A stretch of 64,000 bases of DNA from Candidatus Poribacteria bacterium (GTDB lineage: Bacteria; Poribacteria; WGA-4E; WGA-3G), in the NCBI GenBank assembly GCA_965205025.1, contig CBDBFU010000026.1, forward strand, positions 1-64,000, given 5' to 3'. This document shows positions 31,771-41,942 of the stretch, one piece after another; the first letter of the stretch is position 1, and every line of letters begins with the position of its first letter. The position numbers and the translations under genes are program-made. The notes under the pieces are model-generated. The model saw only the letters and a list, made by a program, of their open reading frames with translations. It had not been told where the DNA came from and ran no database searches.

Positions 31771-34700
31771 ATGAACCCCGATCTTGCAATTGCTTGGTTA
31801 ATTTTCAACGTAGTTTTCTTTGGTATAACATTGGTTTGGGGTATTATTCGGTTTCGACGTGGGATATGGTATCGTAAACTTGCACTAAAGATCCAAGCAT
31901 ATTTTTTATGGGGTATTGGTGGAGCAGCACTTCTCAGCAGTATCTCACCCTTTTCAAATCTATACCTTGAATATCTGTGGTTTTTTGAAGGTGTGAATTA
32001 CTTTGATACATTTTGGACCCTCAGAAAAGCCAATTGGGTCCTTTTCTTCGGTTTTTTTATTTTTGCTGTATTATTCATGAATGTAAATGCAGCAATTGCT
32101 AACCGTCTTTGTCCAGAACCGAGGGAATTTGCCCGATGGACACATCAACGCACTGTCTCTTTTCATCGAACTGTATTCGGTATTACCATCCTGTTTGCTA
32201 TCGTCCTTGCCATACCGATGATGTCCTTACATATGGATTTCCTTAGATTCCTTGAACGTCCTTCAGAGAAGGTGGAGCCATTACACTTTGGTAAAGATCT
32301 AAATTTCTATCTTTTTGTTTTCCCAATTCATAAATCATTAAGTCTATGGATAGAGGTATTGTTGTGGTCTACTTGTATTGTTGTAGGATTACTTTATAAC
32401 TTCTACTATCGCCGAGATGCCCGTTCAATGGGACTTGTTAAAAGACATATCATATTGCATGGTTCATATCTATGGTTAATGTTACTGGGGACAGGTATCT
32501 GGCGAAGTTATGTTCACTTATGGAACAAGGTATACACACCATCGCTCTCGAATCGTTTAAGTGAATACCATGGACTCTTTTTTGCGGACAATATACTCGC
32601 TATGACAACCCGTATCTATTGTCTCATTTTATTGGGTATAGGTATAGTCATAATATTCAATATCTTCTGGAGAAAACGTATACTATGGTATTCCGCTCTG
32701 TTTATATCATTTGCCAGTTATATTTGCCTAATACATCTTTATCCTTTAGGGTCGAATTTTTGGGCAATCAGGCTTACTGGGGATGCTGGAGATGTAGAAT
32801 TAGATTATTTACGGCAGCACATAATTGATACTCGAAAAGCCTTTGATTTAGATACTATTAAAGAAAAGGAATTTAATAAAGGTCTTATATCACTTGATAA
32901 GGTAAGAAATAATCCAGAAATCAAAGAGAATATACAATTTTGGGATCGTCGTGTATTTTACCACATAGTTGGCAATCAAGAGTTCAGAGAGCATCACGGT
33001 TTCCATCCTTACGCCGATGTTGATAGATACCGTTTAGGAGTAACTGCCAATAAAAATACAGATTCCTCTACATTAGATTCAGTGGAAAGTATTTCTGATG
33101 ACAGTTCTACGGAATTAATCCAAGATACAGAAGAATCTTCACAGTCAGGTGAACAATATAGACAAGTGCTTATTGCCGCACGAGAAATTGATCCAAAGCA
33201 AAAAAGTATAGAATGGGGAGAACTCAAACTATACTTTACACACGGATATGGTGTTTGTTTAGCTCCTGTTAATGTAGTTACAAGTGGAAATAAACCTGAT
33301 TTATGGATAAAAGGTGTTCCTATCACACAAAAAGAGGGCATGAAATTTGAAGAATTAGAGGTGACGCAACCGAGAATCTACTATGGTGAAATGACAGATG
33401 ATTATGTTATCGTCAACACAGAAAAACCTGAATATAATGTTATAGAAGGAGATGATGGCTCTGATGATACCAATTCTGAAAATGTCAGTAAAGGATATCA
33501 CTACACTGGAATGGGAGGAGTTCGTTTAGGTGGTTTTATTAGAAGGTTATGCTTTGCAGTCAGATTTTCATCTGTTTTTATTTTACGACATCCTAAGTTA
33601 AAGCCAGAGAGTCGGGTCATGTATTGGCGGAATATAGGTACACGTCGTAATGAACGACTCGTTCAGGATAGATTATCTCATATTGCTCCATTCCTTGATT
33701 TTGATCCTGATCCGTATATTGTTATTCACGATGGTCAGTTGTGGTGGATGGTGGATTTTTACGTAACAAGCAATCGGTATCCAAATGCCCAATTCTATTC
33801 AGATGACACTGCCCCACTTGAAGATAACGACCTTGAACTGTATGCCGAACCTCGGTTTAAAAGATTTAAAAAGTTCAATTATATTCGTAATTCTGGTGTA
33901 GCGGTAGTTAATGCGTACAACGGAACAGTAGATTTCTACACTGATAATGAAAATGAAGTGTTCACAAAGATTTATCAGAAAGTCTTCCCAAAATTGATTA
34001 AACCAATAAATGAGATGCCTGAAGGATTGAAAGCACATCGTAGGTTCCCAGATTATCTTACACGGATACAAGCAAAAATGTATGGGAATTACCATGTGAC
34101 GGATGAGAGGAATTTCTTTGAGAATAAAAAGCCGTGGACAATTCCAGAGGAAGCGTATTATTCTGAGAAAACCAATCATGAGATGATGCCGTATTATGCA
34201 ATGTTGAGATTACCTGGAGAAGAGAAATTGGAGTTTATTAATATGATTCCATTTACTCGTAAAAAACTCCATTACATGCAAGGATGGATGGTAGCGCGTT
34301 GTGACCCACCATACTATGGTGAACGAATTGTATATAAATTACCTGATGGATTGAATGTCGAAGGCCCAAAACTTGTTGAAGATGAAATTATTAAGAATAA
34401 TAAATTGTCTCAATTGTTCAAAGATTTAAGAGACACAAACGATATAATTAAAGGGAATCAACATGTCTTATTTATTGATGAAGGTATTTTACACATAAAA
34501 CCTATCTTTGTAAAACCAAAGAGTGAAAATGGGGACAATGGAAATAAAGGGACAACTTCATCAGACCCCATCCGTGATTTACCCACTTTGAAGACCATAG
34601 TTGTCAAAGCTGCAGATCACAAGCTCGGGGCAGATGAGTCTTTTGATATTGCTCTCGAAAATGTGTTTTTAGGACAGACCGTTTCACCATCTGAAAATGG

Positions 34701-34872
34701 AGATGACGAAACACCTTCTTTAGCTGATCAATTCCGAACACTCCTGCAAACCTATCAGGACACAGGGAAAGCACTTGAGGAAATTGTTAAGGTATTAGAA
34801 AATGGGAACGGAACAAACGGACGGGGGAATAAGAATCAACAAAAAACAGAGAACAAGAAAAAGAATCAATAG
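31771..34872 (+). CDS. UPF0182 family membrane protein
   Basis: N-terminal TMs; FGKDLNFYLF, DVDRY, IAAREI, FTHGYG, QPRIYYGE, APFL.FD.DPY, FNYIRNS, PYY. Confidence 0.9.
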   Translation: MNPDLAIAWLIFNVVFFGITLVWGIIRFRRGIWYRKLALKIQAYFLWGIGGAALLSSISPFSNLYLEYLWFFEGVNYFDTFWTLRKANWVLFFGFFIFAVLFMNVNAAIANRLCPEPREFARWTHQRTVSFHRTVFGITILFAIVLAIPMMSLHMDFLRFLERPSEKVEPLHFGKDLNFYLFVFPIHKSLSLWIEVLLWSTCIVVGLLYNFYYRRDARSMGLVKRHIILHGSYLWLMLLGTGIWRSYVHLWNKVYTPSLSNRLSEYHGLFFADNILAMTTRIYCLILLGIGIVIIFNIFWRKRILWYSALFISFASYICLIHLYPLGSNFWAIRLTGDAGDVELDYLRQHIIDTRKAFDLDTIKEKEFNKGLISLDKVRNNPEIKENIQFWDRRVFYHIVGNQEFREHHGFHPYADVDRYRLGVTANKNTDSSTLDSVESISDDSSTELIQDTEESSQSGEQYRQVLIAAREIDPKQKSIEWGELKLYFTHGYGVCLAPVNVVTSGNKPDLWIKGVPITQKEGMKFEELEVTQPRIYYGEMTDDYVIVNTEKPEYNVIEGDDGSDDTNSENVSKGYHYTGMGGVRLGGFIRRLCFAVRFSSVFILRHPKLKPESRVMYWRNIGTRRNERLVQDRLSHIAPFLDFDPDPYIVIHDGQLWWMVDFYVTSNRYPNAQFYSDDTAPLEDNDLELYAEPRFKRFKKFNYIRNSGVAVVNAYNGTVDFYTDNENEVFTKIYQKVFPKLIKPINEMPEGLKAHRRFPDYLTRIQAKMYGNYHVTDERNFFENKKPWTIPEEAYYSEKTNHEMMPYYAMLRLPGEEKLEFINMIPFTRKKLHYMQGWMVARCDPPYYGERIVYKLPDGLNVEGPKLVEDEIIKNNKLSQLFKDLRDTNDIIKGNQHVLFIDEGILHIKPIFVKPKSENGDNGNKGTTSSDPIRDLPTLKTIVVKAADHKLGADESFDIALENVFLGQTVSPSENGDDETPSLADQFRTLLQTYQDTGKALEEIVKVLENGNGTNGRGNKNQQKTENKKKNQ

Positions 34873-34905
34873 TATATAACTAAATCTTGAATCATATTCA
34901 TAAAA

Positions 34906-34932
34906 TTAGGTTCGGTTAGAAGCCGAACCTAA
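34906..34932. terminator. Bidirectional terminator-like hairpin between convergent genes
   Basis: TTAGGTTCGG-TTAGAAG-CCGAACCTAA. Confidence 0.65.
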
Positions 34933-34985
34933 ATTGTTTAACTATGATATATCTTCCGCTGTTTTGGATAGTTGAAGGTAGGGAA

Positions 34986-37379
34986 TTATCGACGAATAAA
35001 CCGTTGTCTCCACCGCTGGTTATCTTTCCATCGAACAGAGAAATTGAGAAGGTTTTCCATAAATTTGTGATTGATCTTAACATCGTTTTCTGTATCATTC
35101 TTTAGACTTGTAACAACATATAAACCTTGTTGGAATGGAAGGGTGAGTAAAGCAGAGGCATCATGAGTTACGGATTCAGCGAGTGAATTCCATTTACCAA
35201 GAGGATCTACCCACATATCATCAAGACGAATACCCGGTATCTCTTTTGTATCTGGAGTTGTGTTGAGGATATGGGGTGTCCGGAAGACCTTACTTCTTCT
35301 CCCTTTAGATGTTGGTAAACACTCATCTGTTTCCTCGTATTCAATTCCTGTTAATGGTTCAGGAATCCAACCAGCTCCTCGTCGCTGTCTTGAGTTGGTC
35401 TTTATGTCCTGTCCTGATACAATTACAATCCCACCTTGACTTGCGAAATTCTTTATTCGATGTTCTGTATCAATATTAAGTCGGTAGCCTGATTTATAGA
35501 TCTCACCGTTGCCGATCCATAAAATGTCCATTTTTGCGAGTCGGTCATTACGTAAGTTGTTTACAGATTCATAAAGCATACGATGTTCACTTACGTACTC
35601 AAACTGTTGCAGGATTGGAAACTCTTCATTAGAACTGTTTCCAGTTAATGCCATAACTTTTAGAGGTAATTTAAACTCAGGTTTGGGTAATAATTTCTGT
35701 AATGGAATTCTCGGTTTTCCGTTTCTCGATTTAGTGGGAAGCGTTAATTGAGAGAAAGTCTCCTTATGTAGTTCGTTTTCACTCATTTGTTCAACCAACA
35801 CATTCTGAGATGCTATACGATTCGCGAAATACGGTATCGTACGTCGATGGATAGGTATTTTAAGCCGTAAGGAGTTGTCAAAATGCGAATATGCACTTTC
35901 AACTTCCCAGCGACGACTATAGCTTGAATCAATTGTCTTTAAGTCAATTCTTTCTTCATTGACGTTAGTTATATAACCGTGAACCAAGTTCATTCCATGG
36001 ATTGCTTTCCCTTCAGAATCTTGGAGTGGTATTTCTTCAGTTTCACTCCGGTCAAGAATAGCGTCTGTCAAAGCAGAAATAGAGAACAGTTCCTGTTGTC
36101 GTTTCTCAGCACTCTCTATAATTGTACATACTTCTTTACGAGGAAAAATGACATCTGCGTCCCGAAATGACCGAAAATCCAGACCAATTCTTTTAAAGTG
36201 CCTGGGTGTTAGACGTTGTGGTGTGGTAATCCGTTCAAAAGGTCCGACTCGATGTTGTATCACAGGATTTAACTCTATTCTCCTGACGCTGAGTGGTTCA
36301 ACATGCCATTTAAATTCCATGTTTCTTTCCCAACCACCTGGATCGAATAGTCGTATTTTACCCACTTGTATAGGATAGGATGTATTGTTTTCTAAGACCA
36401 AAAAGTATTTGTCATCCCTCTCTACCATACGACACCTAAGTCCACGATCATCCCGCCGGTTGAAACTGTTAATATTGCCTTTATATTCGAAATCGTACCC
36501 CCATTGATCTCTGAAACCGTTATTGTCTTTATCCCGAACATTCATGAATGACATGTGCTTTTTGTTATAATCTTTGAAGATAGCCATATATTCGCCATTT
36601 GCGTGTGTTACCTTGTCAATCCTAATTTTCACACGAGTTCCTACAAGCCGTTCAATAATTCTTTCATAACTCTCTTCTTGCAAGAATGATGAGGTTTGTC
36701 CTTCCATTTCCTGAATTTGGTCATCTAATGATATAGCTTCTCCCCCCAGTTCTGTAACTTCTGTATTAACGCGTGCTAATTGTGTTTGCAAAGGATTTGC
36801 CATCTGTTTAATTCCGCCCCAAACCATACTAATTGCGTTTTTGGCTGCTCCATTAAGTTCAACGATCATATTTCGGGTTTTACGAATCACTCTTTGTGTA
36901 AGTGGCGGATTAATTAGCCGTTCATGTTCCCACTTCCGTTCCTGCTTTTCCCGATCATTCATCGTATCCAAATAGCGTATATATGCACCAATTCTGTCAT
37001 CCAATTCATTCTGCCGAAATATATAACTGGGGGCATGTCCCCGTTGTCTGGATTCTTCAGATACAATTTCTGCCCCTCTGCTATCTAAACGCATTGTACC
37101 TTGATATCGATGTCCGTCCTTCATATGAAAAACTACGTACTTATTGAGGATGGTCTTTTGTAATCTATCTTTCTTAAATAAACCAATAATATAAATGATA
37201 CCTTGGAAGATAAACATCGAAATACCACCAATTACCGGCCATTTGATGGTTTTCCAAATACTCTTTACACTACTTTGTATATCCTCACCTACAGCTTCCT
37301 CCTGAGCAATGGCTGAGAACGATACAATGACCATTCCTATCATGAGAATAAGCAATAGAATCTTTTTTTTCTTTAACAT
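34986..37379 (-). CDS. Membrane-anchored hypothetical protein (797 aa) with possible Sm-like segments and a C-terminal class I GATase-like domain
   Basis: Signal peptide plus TM; C-terminal DILWIG…IKNFASQGGIVIVSGQD…FMENLLNF. Confidence 0.7.
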   Translation of the reverse strand: MLKKKKILLLILMIGMVIVSFSAIAQEEAVGEDIQSSVKSIWKTIKWPVIGGISMFIFQGIIYIIGLFKKDRLQKTILNKYVVFHMKDGHRYQGTMRLDSRGAEIVSEESRQRGHAPSYIFRQNELDDRIGAYIRYLDTMNDREKQERKWEHERLINPPLTQRVIRKTRNMIVELNGAAKNAISMVWGGIKQMANPLQTQLARVNTEVTELGGEAISLDDQIQEMEGQTSSFLQEESYERIIERLVGTRVKIRIDKVTHANGEYMAIFKDYNKKHMSFMNVRDKDNNGFRDQWGYDFEYKGNINSFNRRDDRGLRCRMVERDDKYFLVLENNTSYPIQVGKIRLFDPGGWERNMEFKWHVEPLSVRRIELNPVIQHRVGPFERITTPQRLTPRHFKRIGLDFRSFRDADVIFPRKEVCTIIESAEKRQQELFSISALTDAILDRSETEEIPLQDSEGKAIHGMNLVHGYITNVNEERIDLKTIDSSYSRRWEVESAYSHFDNSLRLKIPIHRRTIPYFANRIASQNVLVEQMSENELHKETFSQLTLPTKSRNGKPRIPLQKLLPKPEFKLPLKVMALTGNSSNEEFPILQQFEYVSEHRMLYESVNNLRNDRLAKMDILWIGNGEIYKSGYRLNIDTEHRIKNFASQGGIVIVSGQDIKTNSRQRRGAGWIPEPLTGIEYEETDECLPTSKGRRSKVFRTPHILNTTPDTKEIPGIRLDDMWVDPLGKWNSLAESVTHDASALLTLPFQQGLYVVTSLKNDTENDVKINHKFMENLLNFSVRWKDNQRWRQRFIRR

Positions 37380-37395
37380 GATGCCAATCCTCCCT

Positions 37396-38256
37396 TTAAT
37401 AAATACTTACCCCATTTTCAGCCGCAATATTACGGACATTTGTATTAGCAAGTGGAATTTTCTCAATTGGTAAATGTTCTATTAGACCATAACCGTCAGG
37501 GTAGAGTGCGTTAAAACGTTGTAATGCAACTCCAATTTCTAATTCCCCTTCACCGGGTACCTCTTCATTTAGATGTAGAACTAATCCATTTTGAACAGAA
37601 ATGTCTTTTATGTGTGCCATTGGTGCGACTGGTCCCATGACATCAAAAATGTGGTTGAGTCGTGCTTCACTTTCATAGACTTGTCTGAGAGATTGGAAAT
37701 GATTTACGAAGTCCATAACTATCCTGAGACGATCAGATCCGACCTGATCAACAATTTCTTTACAGATTTCAGGTGAACCCATAATTGAGACTGCGTGGGT
37801 TTCCATCACAAGCGTTAACTCTGTCTTCTCAGCATTTTCAGCTATCGGTTTTAGAGTTTCAATTAGTCGATTCATAGATTCTGGTAGATGATTGTCCTTA
37901 TGCGATGTCCATGCACCATCTGGATTTAGACTACCTGGTCTAAATAGATAATGAAAAACTCCGAGATCCTTTGCCACAGGCATACCACAATTTACTGCTT
38001 CGATCGCAGCTTTTCGTATTGATGGATTCGGATCAAAAAGACACTGCTCATAGGTTATTCCAAATTGTACCAAATCAAGGTGTGCTTTTTCAAGGAGAAA
38101 ACGACAATTTTCACATTCATCTGGTGAAACATCAGGAATCTTAGAACTGGCGAAATGGTAACTTACACCTGTAAAATCCAATTCCTGTACAGCATCTATT
38201 TCTTCTTGATTGAGTATACGAAAATCACTACATATTCCAACGACACCGAGTCTCAT
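37396..38256 (-). CDS. Sugar phosphate isomerase/epimerase (AP endonuclease 2 TIM barrel)
   Basis: LVMETH, IVMDFVN, AHIKD, PGEG, LIEH. Confidence 0.85.
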   Translation of the reverse strand: MRLGVVGICSDFRILNQEEIDAVQELDFTGVSYHFASSKIPDVSPDECENCRFLLEKAHLDLVQFGITYEQCLFDPNPSIRKAAIEAVNCGMPVAKDLGVFHYLFRPGSLNPDGAWTSHKDNHLPESMNRLIETLKPIAENAEKTELTLVMETHAVSIMGSPEICKEIVDQVGSDRLRIVMDFVNHFQSLRQVYESEARLNHIFDVMGPVAPMAHIKDISVQNGLVLHLNEEVPGEGELEIGVALQRFNALYPDGYGLIEHLPIEKIPLANTNVRNIAAENGVSIY

Positions 38257-38258
38257 AA

Positions 38259-41200
38259 TTATATCTCTCCCTGTAAAGATTGCAATATGTTCTGTGCTTC
38301 AGTCAAATCAACCGTGTCATACCCCTCAATAAACCATTCATAGATCGGTTTTAGTAGGTCGTACGCTTCTTTATGTCGATTCTGTGTTGTCATAAGCTTA
38401 CATAAACTGATAGTAGATCGAAGTTCCCAGGATTTTGCTTCCTGTTGTTGTGCGATAGTCAATGATTTCAAAAAACACTCTTCCACCTCATCTTTAATTG
38501 GTAGTGAACATGCATTTTGAGAACCATGGATCGATTGTAATAAAAGTTCTCCTTGTAGACGGTATAATTCAGCCTCATTTGTGCGTTCTCCGCTTTCAGT
38601 AATTGCTTCAAAAGCCTTTTCTAAGGTCTGTAGACCTTCTTCAGCTTTTCCACCTTGTCCATAGGCTTGTGCTAACATACCCAGATATACTGGTCGTAAG
38701 ACCCTTGACCGATTTGATTCCCAACCTTCGATCCCTTCTCGGATAAGGTCTAAACCTTCTTCATCTGAATTCTGTGAATTCATTTGCATTGCCCACCCTT
38801 TCATTATTCTTCCAGTAGGCTCCCACACAGTAATATCGTGCTCTTGACATATAGAAATCAATTCCGTAGCATACGAGTTAACCTTCTCTAAATCACGACG
38901 TTGTTGGTACAGTAGAGCACCGAAATGTAAAGAAATAACCTGACTAAATGGATGTGGACGTTCCTCTCCCATCCGCTGAGATGCTTGTAGTTGTGCTTCT
39001 GCTTGTTCAGGATATCCCAAACACCAGATTAGAGGAGCTGCGTATGCATGCAATGTCATACCGGGATCAGCAAGATAGTGAAAGAATGCATCTACAGGAT
39101 GTTGGTGTGGATTATATAGAGAAATACCTGCTTCCACATGGGCACGTGCCATTTTAAACTCGCCAAGATAGTATAATGAAGCCCCTAATGCGCGATGTGC
39201 TTCAACTTCTAAGACAGTATTATCCTGTTTTTTTGCCATAACTAAACACTGTTCACCGAGTTCTCGCGCTGAATGTAATTTTGCACTCACCAGATCAGAA
39301 AGCCATAGCCCAAACATTATTGGGAAACGTAGAAACATCCGTTCATTGTTAGGCATTGTTTCTAAGAGTGTCTTTGCACGTGTATATGTTTGTTCGACTT
39401 CAAGTGCAGCATAACCTTTAGTCGCAATTAATGCTGGACCTAATGTTGTCTGAATTACCAATTCGCGAGCAGCACGAGCCGGAGAGTCGGGTAAGGTTTC
39501 TAAGAGAGTTAATCCTTGAGTAAGGTGTCTGACACCTTCGACGTTAGCAGATCGTTCAACGGCACGTAAACCCGCTTGTTGCCAAAATTCAATTGCGCGT
39601 TCAGGAAGTTCTCCTTCTGTGTAGTGATATGCAATCAATTCAGGTTGTACGCGAACGATATCCTCAAATGACTCACGTAATACAGTAGCAATTCTTCTAT
39701 GATAGTCCTGTCTTGTACTTATTAATAATGCTTGATAGGCAGTCTCTCGAATCAATGGATGTTTGAAGGAATATATCTCTTTATCATCATGTGTCTGACG
39801 ACATCTCAGAATTTCTTCTGAAACCAGTGTCTGTAATTCCTGTTTAAGCTCTGGAAAGTTGTCGTCCTGTATCGTTGATGTATGGAACGGTGTTAATAGT
39901 TCGGATGGATTAGGAAAGTCCGATACCTCTGGTTCTTCTGTCAAGTTCACAATAACCTTATAAAGTAGTTCGGCAGTCCATTCCCTACCAAGTGTTGCTC
40001 CAAGCTGAACCAGTTCTTTGCGTGTTCCAAGTTGATCAAGTCTGGCAGTTAGAGATCCTTGTAATGTTGCTGGAATCTCAGTAGAAACATCAATATCCTG
40101 TAAATCAGCTTCAAGAGCCATCCGAGTTAATTCTTCTACAAAAAGTGGTACACCTTCAGTTTTTGATGCAATTTGCTTAGATACATCCAAAGGAATTGTT
40201 TTATCCCTTGCAACTTCAAGAATCATCTGGGAAACTTGCTTACGATTTAAACGCTTCAATGTAATCTGAGTCACCCATTCTAAATCGGTTAATGTTCTGA
40301 GTCGTGCTCTACCCTCTGCTTGTGTGGATTCTTTATATACATCACTTTCTATACGCGATGTTAAAATTACAAGAATAGGGGCATTTTGCACCCGAGTAAT
40401 CAAGAGATAAAGGAAATCTAATGTAGACGGATCAACCCAATGTAGATCTTCAGATATGAATAAGAGTGGTTTTATCTCTGCAGTTTTTAAAAATAGCTGT
40501 ACGAGAGCCTGCAAAGTGCGTCTTCTAAGTTGAGCGGGTTTTAATTCTGCTGATTGATAATCAGCATCAATTTCTAATAGTTCTGCAAGTAAAGGGGTTA
40601 GACTCTCTGAAAGATTATGTGTATTTAAGAATTCTTCAAGTTTATTTAAACGTTCATTATCAGAATCCATATCGCCGAATCGGAACAGTTGCTGCCTTAA
40701 TAGAGTTAAGATTGGATAGAGTGGACTGTTCTGTGTATCTGGTGATCCTCGGCATTCTAATATCTGTGCATCCCTTTCAATGACATGCTCAGCAATTACA
40801 GAGACGATTCGTGATTTACCTATGCCAGCTTCACCCTCAAGCAAAACAGCCTGTCCCAAAGATTCAGTCGCCGATTTCCATCGGTCTTTTAGTTTTGTAA
40901 CTTGAGGAGTTCTACCTATTAAGGGTGTTACAAAACTCTGGTGTGGGGTAGCTGTAAGTTCTCTTCTAAAGGTTGGAAGTATGCTGTCAGGGTGTTCACC
41001 TATTATCTGAAATATGGGTACAGGCTGTGATATACCCTTTAGAGTAATTGTACCCAAATCTTGATATTCAAAAAAACGTTCGATTAGCCGAAGTGTAGTT
41101 TCCCCAACGACGATTCCATTCGGTGGTGCAATTTGTTGCATTCTCGCCGCGATATTAGGTGTCTTGCCGACAATATCTATTGCATCACCATGGTACCGTT

Positions 41201-41732
41201 CAAGTGAAGAAAGATCTTGCTGAGAATTCCCAATAGGTTTACCGACTTCCCACACAACCACCAATCCAGTATCAATACTTAGTCTGACCTGTATCTGAAT
41301 ACCAAAGGATTCAATTAAACGTGAATTCAGTTTAACTAACCCTTCAACAATACCTAATCCTGCTTGCACAGCGCGACGGGTTGCGTCCTCATGAGCAATT
41401 GGATAACCGAAATATACTAATATTCCATCCCCAAAATACCGCGCTATATGGCCATCATATTCTATAATCACTTCTCCGACACTGGCACGATATGCATCAA
41501 GGACTTGACGTAGGTCTTCAGGGTCCAATTGTTCAGTTAAGGCTGTGGAATCAATTACATCACAAAACAATACTGAGAGTTGTCGTCTTTCTGCATTACT
41601 TACAGACTTACCACTGAATGGTGTGTCAGTCTCATCAAGTATGTGTCCGCAATCACCACAAAATTTGTAATTTGGATTTAAAAACCCACAATTGGGACAC
41701 TGTTTTTGGAATTGGCTATTCATAACTTGCAT
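38259..41732 (-). CDS. Class III adenylate/guanylate cyclase + STAND-type ATPase + TPR protein
   Basis: Zn ribbon CPNC/CGDC; ERRQLSVLFCD, GDG, NIAARMQ; GEAGIGKS; EDLHWVD; GVPLFVEE; C-terminal AKSWELR…YEWFIEG. Confidence 0.92.
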   Translation of the reverse strand: MQVMNSQFQKQCPNCGFLNPNYKFCGDCGHILDETDTPFSGKSVSNAERRQLSVLFCDVIDSTALTEQLDPEDLRQVLDAYRASVGEVIIEYDGHIARYFGDGILVYFGYPIAHEDATRRAVQAGLGIVEGLVKLNSRLIESFGIQIQVRLSIDTGLVVVWEVGKPIGNSQQDLSSLERYHGDAIDIVGKTPNIAARMQQIAPPNGIVVGETTLRLIERFFEYQDLGTITLKGISQPVPIFQIIGEHPDSILPTFRRELTATPHQSFVTPLIGRTPQVTKLKDRWKSATESLGQAVLLEGEAGIGKSRIVSVIAEHVIERDAQILECRGSPDTQNSPLYPILTLLRQQLFRFGDMDSDNERLNKLEEFLNTHNLSESLTPLLAELLEIDADYQSAELKPAQLRRRTLQALVQLFLKTAEIKPLLFISEDLHWVDPSTLDFLYLLITRVQNAPILVILTSRIESDVYKESTQAEGRARLRTLTDLEWVTQITLKRLNRKQVSQMILEVARDKTIPLDVSKQIASKTEGVPLFVEELTRMALEADLQDIDVSTEIPATLQGSLTARLDQLGTRKELVQLGATLGREWTAELLYKVIVNLTEEPEVSDFPNPSELLTPFHTSTIQDDNFPELKQELQTLVSEEILRCRQTHDDKEIYSFKHPLIRETAYQALLISTRQDYHRRIATVLRESFEDIVRVQPELIAYHYTEGELPERAIEFWQQAGLRAVERSANVEGVRHLTQGLTLLETLPDSPARAARELVIQTTLGPALIATKGYAALEVEQTYTRAKTLLETMPNNERMFLRFPIMFGLWLSDLVSAKLHSARELGEQCLVMAKKQDNTVLEVEAHRALGASLYYLGEFKMARAHVEAGISLYNPHQHPVDAFFHYLADPGMTLHAYAAPLIWCLGYPEQAEAQLQASQRMGEERPHPFSQVISLHFGALLYQQRRDLEKVNSYATELISICQEHDITVWEPTGRIMKGWAMQMNSQNSDEEGLDLIREGIEGWESNRSRVLRPVYLGMLAQAYGQGGKAEEGLQTLEKAFEAITESGERTNEAELYRLQGELLLQSIHGSQNACSLPIKDEVEECFLKSLTIAQQQEAKSWELRSTISLCKLMTTQNRHKEAYDLLKPIYEWFIEGYDTVDLTEAQNILQSLQGEI

Positions 41733-41942
41733 TATAATGGATTAACAACAAATATTACAAGTATTCAATCTGGTTTCAGCATATATCAATTCAGAATTTT
41801 TTATAATTATACTATTTCTATAAATTATTGTCTCATTAGGCGGTTATTATGGTAGTCAATTTTCATGTCACAAACTGAATGAAGATTAATTTTTAAATTC
41901 GGTATTTTTGGAGAAAGATCCAGTGCGGTTAGGAAACCGCAC

